Origin: a virus | Taxonomy: Duplodnaviria; Caudoviricetes | IMG/VR virus record: IMGVR_UViG_2811995040_000001 | Span: 13,275-77,274 of that record | Reading direction: 5' to 3' (one strand) | Length of the DNA: 64,000 bases | Shown here: positions 53,204-62,980 of the stretch, piece by piece | Position numbering within the stretch: position 1 is the stretch's first letter | Layout of the letters: every line of letters starts with the position of its first letter | Position numbers and translations under genes: made by a program | The notes under the pieces: generated by a model | What the model was told of the DNA's origin: nothing | Databases searched by the model: none | The model's input: the letters and a program-made list of their open reading frames with translations, nothing else

Positions 53204-53782
53204 CTATTTTAAGGTAAAACAACCACGCTCGGTATTAAAATAACATTCGCTCTTTCTAACTATCATATCTTTACGGATAGGCTCCAGACTCAAAGGGTGT
53301 CTTAACTCCAGGGACAGTACGTCGAAGAATGCCTCTTTATCAAATAAGTGACAAACATCTGACCGTGATGATGCTTTAACAAAAATACCGTTTGTTGGAA
53401 TAGCCATCGTTATCGGACATGTTAAATATTCTTCAGAACATGCAAAACTTCCTGCATCAACCCGAAAATTACATAAATCAATCTTCCATGAAATGTTTAA
53501 TTCGTTTGCCAGCTTTTTTGCATTGCCCTCCCTTACCTGACGAGAAAGATGATCCAGCCCCGGCTCACACAACGGAACCACGTCAAATAAGCCTTTATCG
53601 GGCCGATGGCATACCTGGTATAGCACATCAGATAGTTGCACCTGAATTTCAGTCGGCCCAGTCCCGCCATCAGGAGGTCTGGCTTCATTACGTATACTGT
53701 CGAGTATATCCAAAGTATATTTCTCTATTCTCCCGTTCCCATTAACGGTATTTAAACTTAAACTTGAAAAACTTAATGGCAT
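53204..53782 (-). CDS. NleG-like U-box E3 ligase effector, copy 3
   Basis: CPITMAIPTNGIFVK..SDVCHLFD..HPLSLEPI. Confidence 0.85.
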   Translation of the reverse strand: MPLSFSSLSLNTVNGNGRIEKYTLDILDSIRNEARPPDGGTGPTEIQVQLSDVLYQVCHRPDKGLFDVVPLCEPGLDHLSRQVREGNAKKLANELNISWKIDLCNFRVDAGSFACSEEYLTCPITMAIPTNGIFVKASSRSDVCHLFDKEAFFDVLSLELRHPLSLEPIRKDMIVRKSECYFNTERGCFTLK

Positions 53783-54054
53783 ATTTCATTTCCTTTTATA
53801 TTATTAATGTCAAAAATACAGCAGCTATTAATTTCTTTTGAAAATATACCTCACATCATCTCACTATCATCCATCCAGTACTAATACTTAAATATCCTCA
53901 AGGTTTTAATATCTTTAATGCAACGCTTTCAATCATATTTAGGACACATTCCATTTAGTCTGCTCGTTATTCACACGTAGTTTCAGACGGGACTCAGCTC
54001 CTCCTTCCTGGTATTCCATTTTCATGCAGATTTCACTTCCCGGTAGTTTCCCCA

Positions 54055-54092
54055 TTGACTGCTCCCCGTCCTTCAGGACGGGGAGCAGTCAA
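54055..54092. repeat. Perfect 38-bp palindrome of two IS605 right ends
   Basis: TTGACTGCTCCCCGTCCT-TC-AGGACGGGGAGCAGTCAA. Confidence 0.85.
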
Positions 54093-54793
54093 CATGATCT
54101 GACTCCCTTTAGTCCGAATTTGGCCCGAATTTCTGCAATCTTCGCGAGGTTTTGCGCGCGGTTTAGTGGTCTGCCACCAGGAACAGGAAGCTGCTTAACT
54201 GGCTCCGGGATCACCTCTCCACGGTTTATCCTGGTAACCATGTGGTTGAGTTCTTCGACTGCCTTGCGGCGCAACTCGGTATCACTAAGAGCGTTAGCTC
54301 GCATGTTTGAGTACAGTGTGGTGACAAGCCAGTAATGGGCGTTGGACTCCCATGGATATGATTCTGCATCCGGGTATAAACCACGCGTGCGGCAATACTG
54401 GTAAACCATATCGACCAGCTCATTGGCATCAGGAAGCCCGGCGGCAGTTGCCAGTTCAGCCTTACACCATGCGACGAACTGGCCTGGAGACGGAAGAAAC
54501 GGACGTTCCTGACGGCGGGCGACACGCATTCCGGCCGCAACTTGCTCCATGGTGGTGATGCCGTTCTCACGGAAAGCCAGAACCCACTGGCGCCGGATTT
54601 CGTTCATCTCGGCCTGGCTGCGATTAGCCGTGGTAGCAGGGAACGCGGCCATAAGCTGACTAAACACGTTATTGATGACCTTAGCAACCTGCTCAACTTG
54701 CGGCTTATCGTCATGCTGTTCCGGCATGTTGTTGGCAATACGGCGCATCTGCTCACGGTCAAAATTAACCATCTGCGCAGCAATGTTTTTCAT
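54089..54793 (-). CDS. Replication protein P (lambda-like)
   Basis: MKNIAAQMVNFDREQMRRIANNMPEQ; ERPFLPSPGQFVAWC. Confidence 0.95.
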   Translation of the reverse strand: MKNIAAQMVNFDREQMRRIANNMPEQHDDKPQVEQVAKVINNVFSQLMAAFPATTANRSQAEMNEIRRQWVLAFRENGITTMEQVAAGMRVARRQERPFLPSPGQFVAWCKAELATAAGLPDANELVDMVYQYCRTRGLYPDAESYPWESNAHYWLVTTLYSNMRANALSDTELRRKAVEELNHMVTRINRGEVIPEPVKQLPVPGGRPLNRAQNLAKIAEIRAKFGLKGVRSC

Positions 54794-55695
54794 AGTTCCA
54801 CTCCGTAAATCCAGTCAGTGTTATTCAGGTCAAGTTTTGGCTTAGAGGCAGTTGTGCCAGTCTGTTGCTTGTTGCGGTTGATATCGAGTTGAGTCCACTT
54901 TTCGCGGAGCTTTGCCGGGCTAATGACGTTGCCAGCCCAGAAGCTGTCATGGCACGCCCAGCGAAACAGCACGCACATGTCGCGATGTGTTCGTCCGTCA
55001 CATTCACGCATCAGGCGTATATCGTTAGCCCATCCTGCCAGGTTAGGTTTTCTGGCTGATGGAGAAATGGTTTTTATCAGGTCAAACATCCACTCGGCAG
55101 CAGTTAGGTCTTCAGCAGTTCCCCACTTGTTGCCTCTCTGAATCGCCGCTTCTGGTTTTAGAACATGAGGTTTCTTTCCTGGATTGTCAGAGGATTCGTC
55201 AGAATTCTCGGACGTAGATCTTTTAATATTGTCTTTTGTTAGTTTGTCTTTTGTGGTTAGCAACTTCTGCTTAGGTGCGTTAGCAACTTCCGCTAAGGTT
55301 TTCTTAGCAGGTTTAGCTAATGTTTTGCAGAATCCGTTATTTTTAGTTTGCCACTCGGAAATATGGATATTCATACCAACCCTGCGGCCTTCCTGAATCA
55401 GTACCTTCTTCCTGATCAGACTGTTTTTTGCTGTCGAGCAATGGGTATGATGCTTCTGAATCATCCCCTCTAGCTGCTCGTTGCTGATCCAGTCCATTTT
55501 CTTGTTGTATCCATACGTTTTGCGCCATACGGCCATCAGGATGCACAGCTCAGTCTCCGGCAAACCAGAACACATCACGGCATCCAGAAGTTCATTTGCC
55601 AGGCGCGTATAGCCATCATCGATATCTGCCACGCGCGGCTCCTTAGGTGCCGCGTCAGGCACAGGAAAATTGATTACTTCAGCAGTGTTTGCCAT
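54790..55695 (-). CDS. Replication protein O (lambda-like)
   Basis: VAD.DDGYTRLANELL; RKTYG.NKKMDWIS; SPAKLREKWTQL. Confidence 0.95.
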   Translation of the reverse strand: MANTAEVINFPVPDAAPKEPRVADIDDGYTRLANELLDAVMCSGLPETELCILMAVWRKTYGYNKKMDWISNEQLEGMIQKHHTHCSTAKNSLIRKKVLIQEGRRVGMNIHISEWQTKNNGFCKTLAKPAKKTLAEVANAPKQKLLTTKDKLTKDNIKRSTSENSDESSDNPGKKPHVLKPEAAIQRGNKWGTAEDLTAAEWMFDLIKTISPSARKPNLAGWANDIRLMRECDGRTHRDMCVLFRWACHDSFWAGNVISPAKLREKWTQLDINRNKQQTGTTASKPKLDLNNTDWIYGVEL

Positions 55696-55786
55696 AATTA
55701 CTCCTGTGAATTGATCCAGTTAATTCCACCAGAAAGCCGTTGGTGTTCGCGCACCGCGGCTTTCGCCTTTTTGGTTGCTGCCATTT

Positions 55787-56107
55787 TCAGTCCCACCCCA
55801 GCGCATCCGGCCTGGCTCGTTCAGCCTTTAGCCCGGCATCAGCGAGAATCTCTACAGCTGTGAGATAGTTTCTGGATACCAGTACCACCTCCGGTGGCGC
55901 GGCCTGAATCCCAAGAAAAGCCAGCTCTTTCGCCATGTTGCAGAAATATCCCTCAGCTTTACGTCTGCTGACTGTCGACTCGCTGACGCCCATATGCTCG
56001 GCGTATGATTTCTGACCTACCGATGCAAGCCGGTTGAGCAGGACACTCTCTATCTCAACCGAGTTGATTTCTGGTGGGTCTAACTTTCGTGCAATTGCGT
56101 TCTCCAT
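55787..56107 (-). CDS. CII-like transcription activator
   Basis: IES.LLNRLA..GQ...AE.MG.SEST.SR; lies between cro and O. Confidence 0.85.
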   Translation of the reverse strand: MENAIARKLDPPEINSVEIESVLLNRLASVGQKSYAEHMGVSESTVSRRKAEGYFCNMAKELAFLGIQAAPPEVVLVSRNYLTAVEILADAGLKAERARPDALGWD

Positions 56108-56126
56108 GAGTAAATATCCTCTATGG

Positions 56127-56363
56127 TTATTTGGCTGATGCCTCTTGGCTTGGTAAGCCATCGGTTGGGTTTGGGTAGAGATCAGGGCGCAGTTCGTGAG
56201 GTGTTACGCCAGTCATTTTGAAAATCGGGAAGATATAGCTTGGGGGGACAATCCCGTGGTCACGATTTTTCCAATGACTAACGGACATACTTGTCACACC
56301 AAGCGCGATGCTTAGCTTTCTGGCAGATCCAGCGGCTTTAATTGCTTTATCGAGTGCGGACAT
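56127..56363 (-). CDS. Cro-like (YdaS) regulator
   Basis: HTH plus TGVTPHELRPDLYP. Confidence 0.9.
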   Translation of the reverse strand: MSALDKAIKAAGSARKLSIALGVTSMSVSHWKNRDHGIVPPSYIFPIFKMTGVTPHELRPDLYPNPTDGLPSQEASAK

Positions 56364-56392
56364 GTGCTTCTCCTGCTTATTGACAGCAAAAT

Positions 56393-56455
56393 TAAACCAC
56401 AGATTTATATGTCATGCAAACCTTGAATTTATTGCGTGTGTAAACCAAATATTTA
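56393..56455. promoter_or_regulatory. Three OR operators, consensus (T)AAACC-N5-TTTA
   Basis: 56393-56407, 56417-56431 and 56441-56455 at 24-bp spacing; same motif at 58727 and 58774. Confidence 0.7.
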
Positions 56456-56465
56456 CAATGACGAT

Positions 56466-56849
56466 ATGAGAAAAGAAGAACCCAACCTCGTACTGGTGGA
56501 GCGCCTAACTGAGATCACTGATCGCGGCGTTACCAAAGCAGACATGGCGCGCATAGCCGGAGTGACCCCTCAGGCGGTAAACGGCTGGTTCAAAAAAGGC
56601 GTGATTAGCAAGAAATCAGCGCTGGCCATAGCTGATGCCGTTGGAATTTCTGTCGCATGGCTACTCGGCGAGGATGTTGGAGAGAAAGACGGTCTCAAGC
56701 CGGACGAACAGCGCCTGCTGGAGCTCTACCGCCAGCTGCCGGAAGAAGAGCAACAGAACATGCTTCGCATCTTTGCGATTCGGCTGAAAGAGCTAGACGA
56801 GCTGTATGAGAAATATATGAAGGGGCGAATTCGATCGCAGGGGGATTGA
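56466..56849 (+). CDS. Gifsy-type CI repressor (HTH, no S24 peptidase)
   Basis: KADMARIAGVTPQAVNGWF..SVAWLL; divergent from cro. Confidence 0.88.
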   Translation: MRKEEPNLVLVERLTEITDRGVTKADMARIAGVTPQAVNGWFKKGVISKKSALAIADAVGISVAWLLGEDVGEKDGLKPDEQRLLELYRQLPEEEQQNMLRIFAIRLKELDELYEKYMKGRIRSQGD

Positions 56850-56998
56850 ACCTCTAAAATCGAAATTTTGATGTGCTGAATAAAACCTTGATGCTGATAT
56901 TCAGCATCATTTGGCTTAATGAACCATCAAGCATTGTCCCTAATGGACATGAGGTTAAAAGGCATCGGTTAAGCAAACTCGAAACTCAAGGATTAGTG

Positions 56999-57748
56999 AT
57001 GGAGCGCGAAGCAGTCAACAATGATGCGATTCCCAATGTTGTTGAAGTAATTCGTCGCATTAATGAAGGGTCTACACAACCATTTCTTTGCAAATGCGAT
57101 GATGGTCAATTATATGTTTTAAAATCAAAACCATCTATGCCTTCTAAAAATCTCTTGGCTGAGTTTATTTCAGGTTGCCTAGCTCAGGATATCGGTCTTA
57201 CTTTGCCTGATTTTAAAGTTGTATTTGTGCCGGAAGAACTTGTTGAGTATTCGCCAGAGCTCCAGCGTGACATTTGTACTGGTCATGCCTTTGCGTCAAA
57301 GTACATTGAAGGTGCGGTAGCACTTACCTTCTCTCAGTCAAGAAACGAGGCTATCGTACCTATAGAACAACAGAAACTCATCTATGTGTTTGATCGATGG
57401 GTAATAAATGCAGATAGAACGCTTACCAGTAAAGGTGGGAACGTTAATATCCTGTATGACGTTGGTAACGATAAGTATTATCTAATTGACCATAATCTCT
57501 CCTTTGATGAAAATGTTGGACCAGACGATTTTTTGGTCCATGTTTATGGCCCTGGTAATCGTAATTGGGAGTTTGACCTAGTGGATCGCCTCGAGTATCG
57601 TCAGAAGGTCGTTGATAGCTTAGTTAAGCTTCCTGCTATTATTGAAGAAATACCAGATGATTGGATTGTTGATGATGAGTTTTTACCTTTTGTTTACGAC
57701 ACCTTAAACAAAGGCGATCATGATGAATTTTGGAGCGAAATAGTATGA
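56999..57748 (+). CDS. HipA-like kinase
   Basis: GSTQPFLC.CDDG..YVLK, EFI, FD.W..N.DR, N and LIDH. Confidence 0.8.
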   Translation: MEREAVNNDAIPNVVEVIRRINEGSTQPFLCKCDDGQLYVLKSKPSMPSKNLLAEFISGCLAQDIGLTLPDFKVVFVPEELVEYSPELQRDICTGHAFASKYIEGAVALTFSQSRNEAIVPIEQQKLIYVFDRWVINADRTLTSKGGNVNILYDVGNDKYYLIDHNLSFDENVGPDDFLVHVYGPGNRNWEFDLVDRLEYRQKVVDSLVKLPAIIEEIPDDWIVDDEFLPFVYDTLNKGDHDEFWSEIV

Positions 57749-58572
57749 CCACTCCATGCCTTTACAGCATTGTTAGGTATGCCCCCTATGCGGAAACTGA
57801 AGAATTCGCGAACATAGGCGTGGTCATGTGCGCACCAAAAGAAAATTACTTTGACTTTCAGATCACTAAACGTAACGATTCTCGTGTCAAAAACTTCTTT
57901 CACGATGATTGCATTTTCCCTATAGCCAAAGACACCATTCAGAGAGAGTTGCAATTCGCAAAAGCCCAAGCATCTCAGATTTCAGGGCATCAACAACTTG
58001 CTCAATTCTTTAGATATTTCACGACCAAGAAAGAATCTATTTTTCAGTTCAGTACGACAAGGGTTGTTCTCAGTGCAAACCCAAGAGAAGATTTAGCACG
58101 CATTTATAATAAATATGTAAATCATTCCGATTACACCAAAGAACGCCGAGAAGATGTGCTTGCAAGAGAACTCAAACGGAGTATTGATAGAATTGATGGT
58201 TTAAAAAATGTTTTTAAGCAAGAGTCTATCGACGGGTTTTACTCAAAATTCTCAATGCCTTTGGTTGCAAAAAAGCACAATGAGATACAATGCGCGATAA
58301 AGCCTATAGCATTCACCCAAACCGAGCCTGGTAAAATGATGGAGCACAGCGACACATGGGTAATGCGGATTACTCGAGCTTCAGAAGAAAACTTACTGAA
58401 TATAGAAGACATTCTTTTCACAATTGAAGTGCCTGAATCTCCCACTAAGGGCCAAAGCAAGGTTATTGATACTATCAAGAGAACGATGGATGCTAAGAAG
58501 ATAAATCATATTCCTGCATCAAATCATAAAGATACGATTGAGTTTGCCAAAAAATTACTTTTAGAGACATAA
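57745..58572 (+). CDS. DUF3037-domain protein
   Basis: YSIVRY.P..ETEEF.NIGVV; 4-bp overlap with the kinase gene. Confidence 0.8.
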   Translation: MTTPCLYSIVRYAPYAETEEFANIGVVMCAPKENYFDFQITKRNDSRVKNFFHDDCIFPIAKDTIQRELQFAKAQASQISGHQQLAQFFRYFTTKKESIFQFSTTRVVLSANPREDLARIYNKYVNHSDYTKERREDVLARELKRSIDRIDGLKNVFKQESIDGFYSKFSMPLVAKKHNEIQCAIKPIAFTQTEPGKMMEHSDTWVMRITRASEENLLNIEDILFTIEVPESPTKGQSKVIDTIKRTMDAKKINHIPASNHKDTIEFAKKLLLET

Positions 58573-58726
58573 CACTTATCTCGCAACCCGGCCACCGCGC
58601 TGGGTTTTTTATACCATCACCGACCAGCTCACTTCCAAGCGTCTGACTCTAACTCCCACATCCCGACCTTAGCGTCGGGATTTTTTTACCTGCAATCCGG
58701 TCGAGTCCCAACAAAACCTACACATA

Positions 58727-58790
58727 TAAACCATCAATTTACAACTAATATTAATCTTAAGTTGACACACCAGTAAACCAGTGGTTTAAT
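58727..58790 (+). promoter_or_regulatory. pL promoter with OL operators
   Basis: TTGACA (58762)-17 bp-TTTAAT, overlapped by the TAAACCAGTGGTTTA palindrome. Confidence 0.7.
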
Positions 58791-58942
58791 CATTATCATC
58801 AAGACGCATCACGAACCACCCAGGCAGGACGCCCACGAAGTAGCCGTCCGGGGCATACGAAGACCGGAATGAGGTGGAAAAGTTAACGCGCAGAAGGTGA
58901 TAAACGTTCCGCTGGCCGGCGATAAGGCAAACGAGGGTGAGA

Positions 58943-59059
58943 ATGATTGATTTCGCACGTAAACCAGCTCGACAGCAGGCCGTCCCGCTCAACCGGATTG
59001 AGGTTTTAATCCGCCGCCTCTGCTACCTGCTGGCGCAGAAAGGAGATCCGGATGCATAA
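58943..59059 (+). CDS. Small early protein, 38 aa (not in the ORF track)
   Basis: MIDFARKPARQQAV.LN..EVLIRRLCYLLAQKG, with RBS. Confidence 0.6.
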   Translation: MIDFARKPARQQAVPLNRIEVLIRRLCYLLAQKGDPDA

Positions 59060-59222
59060 CCAAAAGACATGCGCTTACCACCTGTGTGGAAAGACGATTG
59101 AGCAAGGCAAAGAAGTAAAAAACGAGCTGACGCTGATTCGCGGCGCGCAGCTGACACATGAAGAGCGCGATTACTGCTCTGTACGTTGTGCCTCATACGA
59201 CCAGATGGCGCACGAAAGTTAA
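59052..59222 (+). CDS. YdaE-like zinc-binding protein, 56 aa
   Basis: CAYHLCGK.I...YCS.RCA.YDQMAHE. Confidence 0.7.
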   Translation: MHNQKTCAYHLCGKTIEQGKEVKNELTLIRGAQLTHEERDYCSVRCASYDQMAHES

Positions 59223-59362
59223 CGTAAAAGCCGCGCAAGGCGGCCCATACGTCCGGTGACACCGACCAAAGTTCCACCGGAAAACTACACAAAAAACCAA
59301 AGTTCACCCAATGGGCGCTATCTCTGGCCCGGGGATCTTACATCTAAAAAAGAGGATCTCAC

Positions 59363-61807
59363 ATGGAATTTTTCTATGTAGTAAAAGCTACGCAGAAATC
59401 CGGAAAGCAAGATGCGACGGTCTGGTTCACTGCAAAATCAGAAGCGCGCGCCAACCTTATGCTGGATGTCGTTCTGGAAGATGCTGAAATTGAAACCGGC
59501 CGCGGTAAGGATTATGCAAGGCCGATCCGCACCAATTTTCCGGTAGTCAACGAGCTGCCGCCGGAAGGTGAAATAAGTTTTACCTTCAATAATTATTATC
59601 GCCTCGGTGAAGATGGCATGACTTGGGAACAAATCCCCGGCGTCACCCTGCCATCATCTGAAGCCGCCGCCGTGGCCCGCCAGCACATCGTTGACGGTGC
59701 TGATACCGAAACAGGCGAAGTGCTGGAAGACCACACCGAAAATTTTGGTAACGAAAGCAACAGCCCTGCCCAGGCAACAGCCCCAGCCCCCGAGCTGACT
59801 GTTGTCGCAACTATGCCTCTCCGTCACCGCGTTCTTGCTCAGTACATAGGTGAAGGTGAGTATCTTTATCACGTCGACGCCTCCCAGAAAAAAGAAATTC
59901 TGCGTCTCGAAATGGACACCGATAATTCATATGTCCAGAACCTGCTGCTTGCCGCCGAGAATGTTGAAGCGTTCAAGAAATCCATTGAACATGACATTCA
60001 CAAAATAGTGAATGCCGTTAAAAAAGTATTCCCTGTCGATGGAAAAACTCCTGAACTGGCGACTGTTATCCAGTTCCTTAAAACATGGTTCGAGACGGAG
60101 CATATCGATCGCGGTTTGCTCGTTAAGGAGTGGGCGAAAGGCAACCGTGTATCGGCTATTCAACGCACTGAAAGCGGCGCCAACGCTGGCGGTGGCAATA
60201 AGACTGACCGTAACCCTGATTACGAACACACTCTCGATACTCTGGACGTAGAGATTGCAATGGCCACTTTGCCTATGGACTTTAATATCTATGAGCTACC
60301 TGGCAGCGTTTACCGTCGCGCAAAAGAAATCGTAAAGAAAAAGGAAAGTCCGTTCAAAGAATGGTCCGCAGCACTTCGCGCAACGCCCGGTATCCTGGAT
60401 TATTCCCGCGCCGCTATTTTCGCGCTGATCCGAAGCGCACACCCTGAGTTTTATCACTACCCCGGACGCCTTCAGGGGTATATCAACGCCAACTTAACGG
60501 AGACTGATCACGAGACCCCCACCGAGGAAGCACTCACAGCTGCCCGACACACTCCGGAAAAAGACGCGGTAGAAGAAGCCAACCGACAGCTTGCCGCCGC
60601 ACGCGGTGAATACGTCGAGGGCATCAGCGACCCGAACGACCCAAAATGGGTTAAAACCGATACACAACCACAGGTATCAAACCTCGGCAATGGAATGTTC
60701 TCCGTTGATAATCTGATGTCTGAAACCGCCTCAAATGAAGGTGAAAAACAGGAAGTGACCGAACAAGAAACTGTTACAGATGATCAGGCAACACAAGCCC
60801 GTGAAACGTTGAATAGCATGGGTTATGGCGTTTATGCAACGAACATGGACGAAACCGTCCAGCAGGAAGAAAAGCTGAGCGATAAAGTAAAAACTCTCGT
60901 TCAGGATGTGGATCAACTTGTCGAGCGCATTAAACGTGAAAAGCAACTCCCGCAAGCCTCTGAACTGGTTCAGAGCATCAACGAAATGCAGTCTGCTGAA
61001 CGTGACAACCTGGAATTGTGGAAAGACGTATTCAAAACAGATGAGCGTTTTACTACTGCGTTCTCTGTGAACGGAGGCGGAACCTCAATCAATGGCGCCT
61101 ACATGACCATGATCGCTACACGCGAATTTGGTCCAAAAGGTATCGGCTGGGGTGTCGATATTCTGGAAGAGCGCTTTGACAATGGCGCACCAATTACTCG
61201 CACGGTCAAAGGCACTGACGGTAACAACACGTGGGAACTTATCCCCGACGGTGTCGGCGGCATCCTGACAGAAAAACATCACATTATCAAAATCAGACTT
61301 TGGTACATCCGCAATGGTGTACGCGGTGAGGAGATTTCTTTCGGGTGTACCCCATATATTTACGGCAGCAAATATGGCCCTATTTGTGATGGTGAAGCAA
61401 CAAAAAAATCACTGACTGACGCAACCAAAAAAGCGCTGTCTGCGCTTGGTTTCTGCGCTGATATTTTCATGGGCCTGTACGACAACCCGGAGTATCGCCA
61501 GAAAAATAAAGCTGAATTTGCGCTGAAAAATGCCAGTGAAAACGCTGAGGATGCAGCCCGCGTCCGCCAGGAACTGGACGACAAACTAACCCGAGTCGCT
61601 AACACCATTGCATCTGCTGTATCAGAAAACGAGATCAACAAGGTCTATTCATCGATTGCCCGCGAAGCGGAAGTGCATCGCAAGGATGCAGAGGCGAAAG
61701 GTGATAAACAGCACGCGCGTTACTTAGGTGGGCGTCTGCGGCGGCTGACAACCATTAAAGATGAACGTATCGCCGAACTGAATAAAGTGCAGGAGAAAGC
61801 AGAATGA
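59363..61807 (+). CDS. RecE-like N-terminus fused to a Rad52/Sak-like annealing domain
   Basis: RecE-type N-terminal motifs (RTESGANAGGGNKTDR, GILDYSRAAIFALIR); C-terminal FGP.GIGWG..KKSLTDA.KKALS.LGF.ADI. Confidence 0.7.
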   Translation: MEFFYVVKATQKSGKQDATVWFTAKSEARANLMLDVVLEDAEIETGRGKDYARPIRTNFPVVNELPPEGEISFTFNNYYRLGEDGMTWEQIPGVTLPSSEAAAVARQHIVDGADTETGEVLEDHTENFGNESNSPAQATAPAPELTVVATMPLRHRVLAQYIGEGEYLYHVDASQKKEILRLEMDTDNSYVQNLLLAAENVEAFKKSIEHDIHKIVNAVKKVFPVDGKTPELATVIQFLKTWFETEHIDRGLLVKEWAKGNRVSAIQRTESGANAGGGNKTDRNPDYEHTLDTLDVEIAMATLPMDFNIYELPGSVYRRAKEIVKKKESPFKEWSAALRATPGILDYSRAAIFALIRSAHPEFYHYPGRLQGYINANLTETDHETPTEEALTAARHTPEKDAVEEANRQLAAARGEYVEGISDPNDPKWVKTDTQPQVSNLGNGMFSVDNLMSETASNEGEKQEVTEQETVTDDQATQARETLNSMGYGVYATNMDETVQQEEKLSDKVKTLVQDVDQLVERIKREKQLPQASELVQSINEMQSAERDNLELWKDVFKTDERFTTAFSVNGGGTSINGAYMTMIATREFGPKGIGWGVDILEERFDNGAPITRTVKGTDGNNTWELIPDGVGGILTEKHHIIKIRLWYIRNGVRGEEISFGCTPYIYGSKYGPICDGEATKKSLTDATKKALSALGFCADIFMGLYDNPEYRQKNKAEFALKNASENAEDAARVRQELDDKLTRVANTIASAVSENEINKVYSSIAREAEVHRKDAEAKGDKQHARYLGGRLRRLTTIKDERIAELNKVQEKAE

Positions 61808-62358
61808 CTACTGCAATCGCGTTAGCTGCCGACTATACCAGTCTGCTGCAATTGCTGGAAAGCTCTGATGAACTGACTCCGGAAATGATCGCCGATACGC
61901 TGGAAAGCATTGAAGGTGAACTCGCTGATAAGCTGGATGCCATCATGGTAATCGCCCGCAATAATCTCGGTCATGCTAAAACCTGCGATGAAGAAATAAA
62001 GCGCCTGGCGGAACGTAAAAAGCATTTCGAAAATAAAGATAAAGCATTACGTAAATATATTCTGTCGTGCCTGATGACCGCTAATCTGGATAAGCTCAAG
62101 ACGTCTAAAAATACCTTTTCCGCCAGAAAAGGTAGCATCAGTGTTGTCATCGATAACGAGAAGCTACTGCCAGACGAACTGGTTACTGTTCAGACGATTA
62201 TCGCCCCGGACAAAAAAGCCATCAAAGAAGCGATCGAAGCTGCGGAAGCTGCCGCAGCGCAAATCACTGCTGACGGTGGAGAAGTACCTGCCGAACTGTT
62301 AAATCCGGTACCGGGCGCCCATCTTGAGATCGGCGAACGTTCACTGCAGGTACGCTAA
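61804..62358 (+). CDS. Siphovirus Gp157-family protein
   Basis: DTLESIEGEL.DK, EIKRL.ERK, PDKKAIKEA and GAHLE. Confidence 0.85.
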   Translation: MTTAIALAADYTSLLQLLESSDELTPEMIADTLESIEGELADKLDAIMVIARNNLGHAKTCDEEIKRLAERKKHFENKDKALRKYILSCLMTANLDKLKTSKNTFSARKGSISVVIDNEKLLPDELVTVQTIIAPDKKAIKEAIEAAEAAAAQITADGGEVPAELLNPVPGAHLEIGERSLQVR

Positions 62359-62360
62359 CA

Positions 62361-62543
62361 ATGCTGAAACTATCACTTAAACGCGGCGATGCCGTCCACA
62401 TCGTATTCGCGGACGGTAGTAACGGAATTATTGAAGCACGCAGCCGTTGTGAACTGGGTATGCACCTGCCAAAAAACGTAAAGGTTACGCGCGAGAAAAG
62501 CGCATTCCTCCCCGAAAACCTGATTAAGCGTAATCAGAAATAA
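62361..62543 (+). CDS. CsrA-like small protein
   Basis: MLKLSLKRGDAVHI..LG...PKNVKV.RE. Confidence 0.6.
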   Translation: MLKLSLKRGDAVHIVFADGSNGIIEARSRCELGMHLPKNVKVTREKSAFLPENLIKRNQK

Positions 62544-62755
62544 ACCGCCACCACCACTAGCATTGTGGTCTCACTATTTACAGGAGACCGCAATGCTGCG
62601 ATGGCAACCCGGAGCTACCCTACTCACAGATTTCGATATAAAGATTGGCCGGTTATCGGCAAGCGTACGAAAGAAGACACTGACCTAGTCAGACATCGAA
62701 CGCGCCTGCAGTGATGCTGATGATGCCGTGTACCGGATGATGAGGAAAGACCAAC

Positions 62756-62980
62756 ATGACCAGAGAAAACGATCTGCTAACAGACGCAGAACTGATTGAG
62801 TTTACCGGTTATCAGAAGGCATCCAAACAAAGGGAAATCCTTGACCGCGGCGGCGTCTCGTACATACCCGACCGGGAAGGTCGCCCGATGGTTACCTGGA
62901 CGCACATTAACGCTGTATTGAACGGACAGATCACCGTACAGACCAGAACAGAAGAAAAACCCGATTTCGGAGCTATTTAA
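62756..62980 (+). CDS. Excisionase-like protein (DUF4224)
   Basis: LTDAEL.E.TGY...S.Q..L...G..Y.....GRP.V; adjacent to int. Confidence 0.8.
   Translation: MTRENDLLTDAELIEFTGYQKASKQREILDRGGVSYIPDREGRPMVTWTHINAVLNGQITVQTRTEEKPDFGAI

Noticed and set aside
62593-62760. Small ORF MLRWQPG.. upstream of xis
   Set aside because: It has an in-frame TAG at codon 32, so it is likely a pseudogene, and no function is recognisable.
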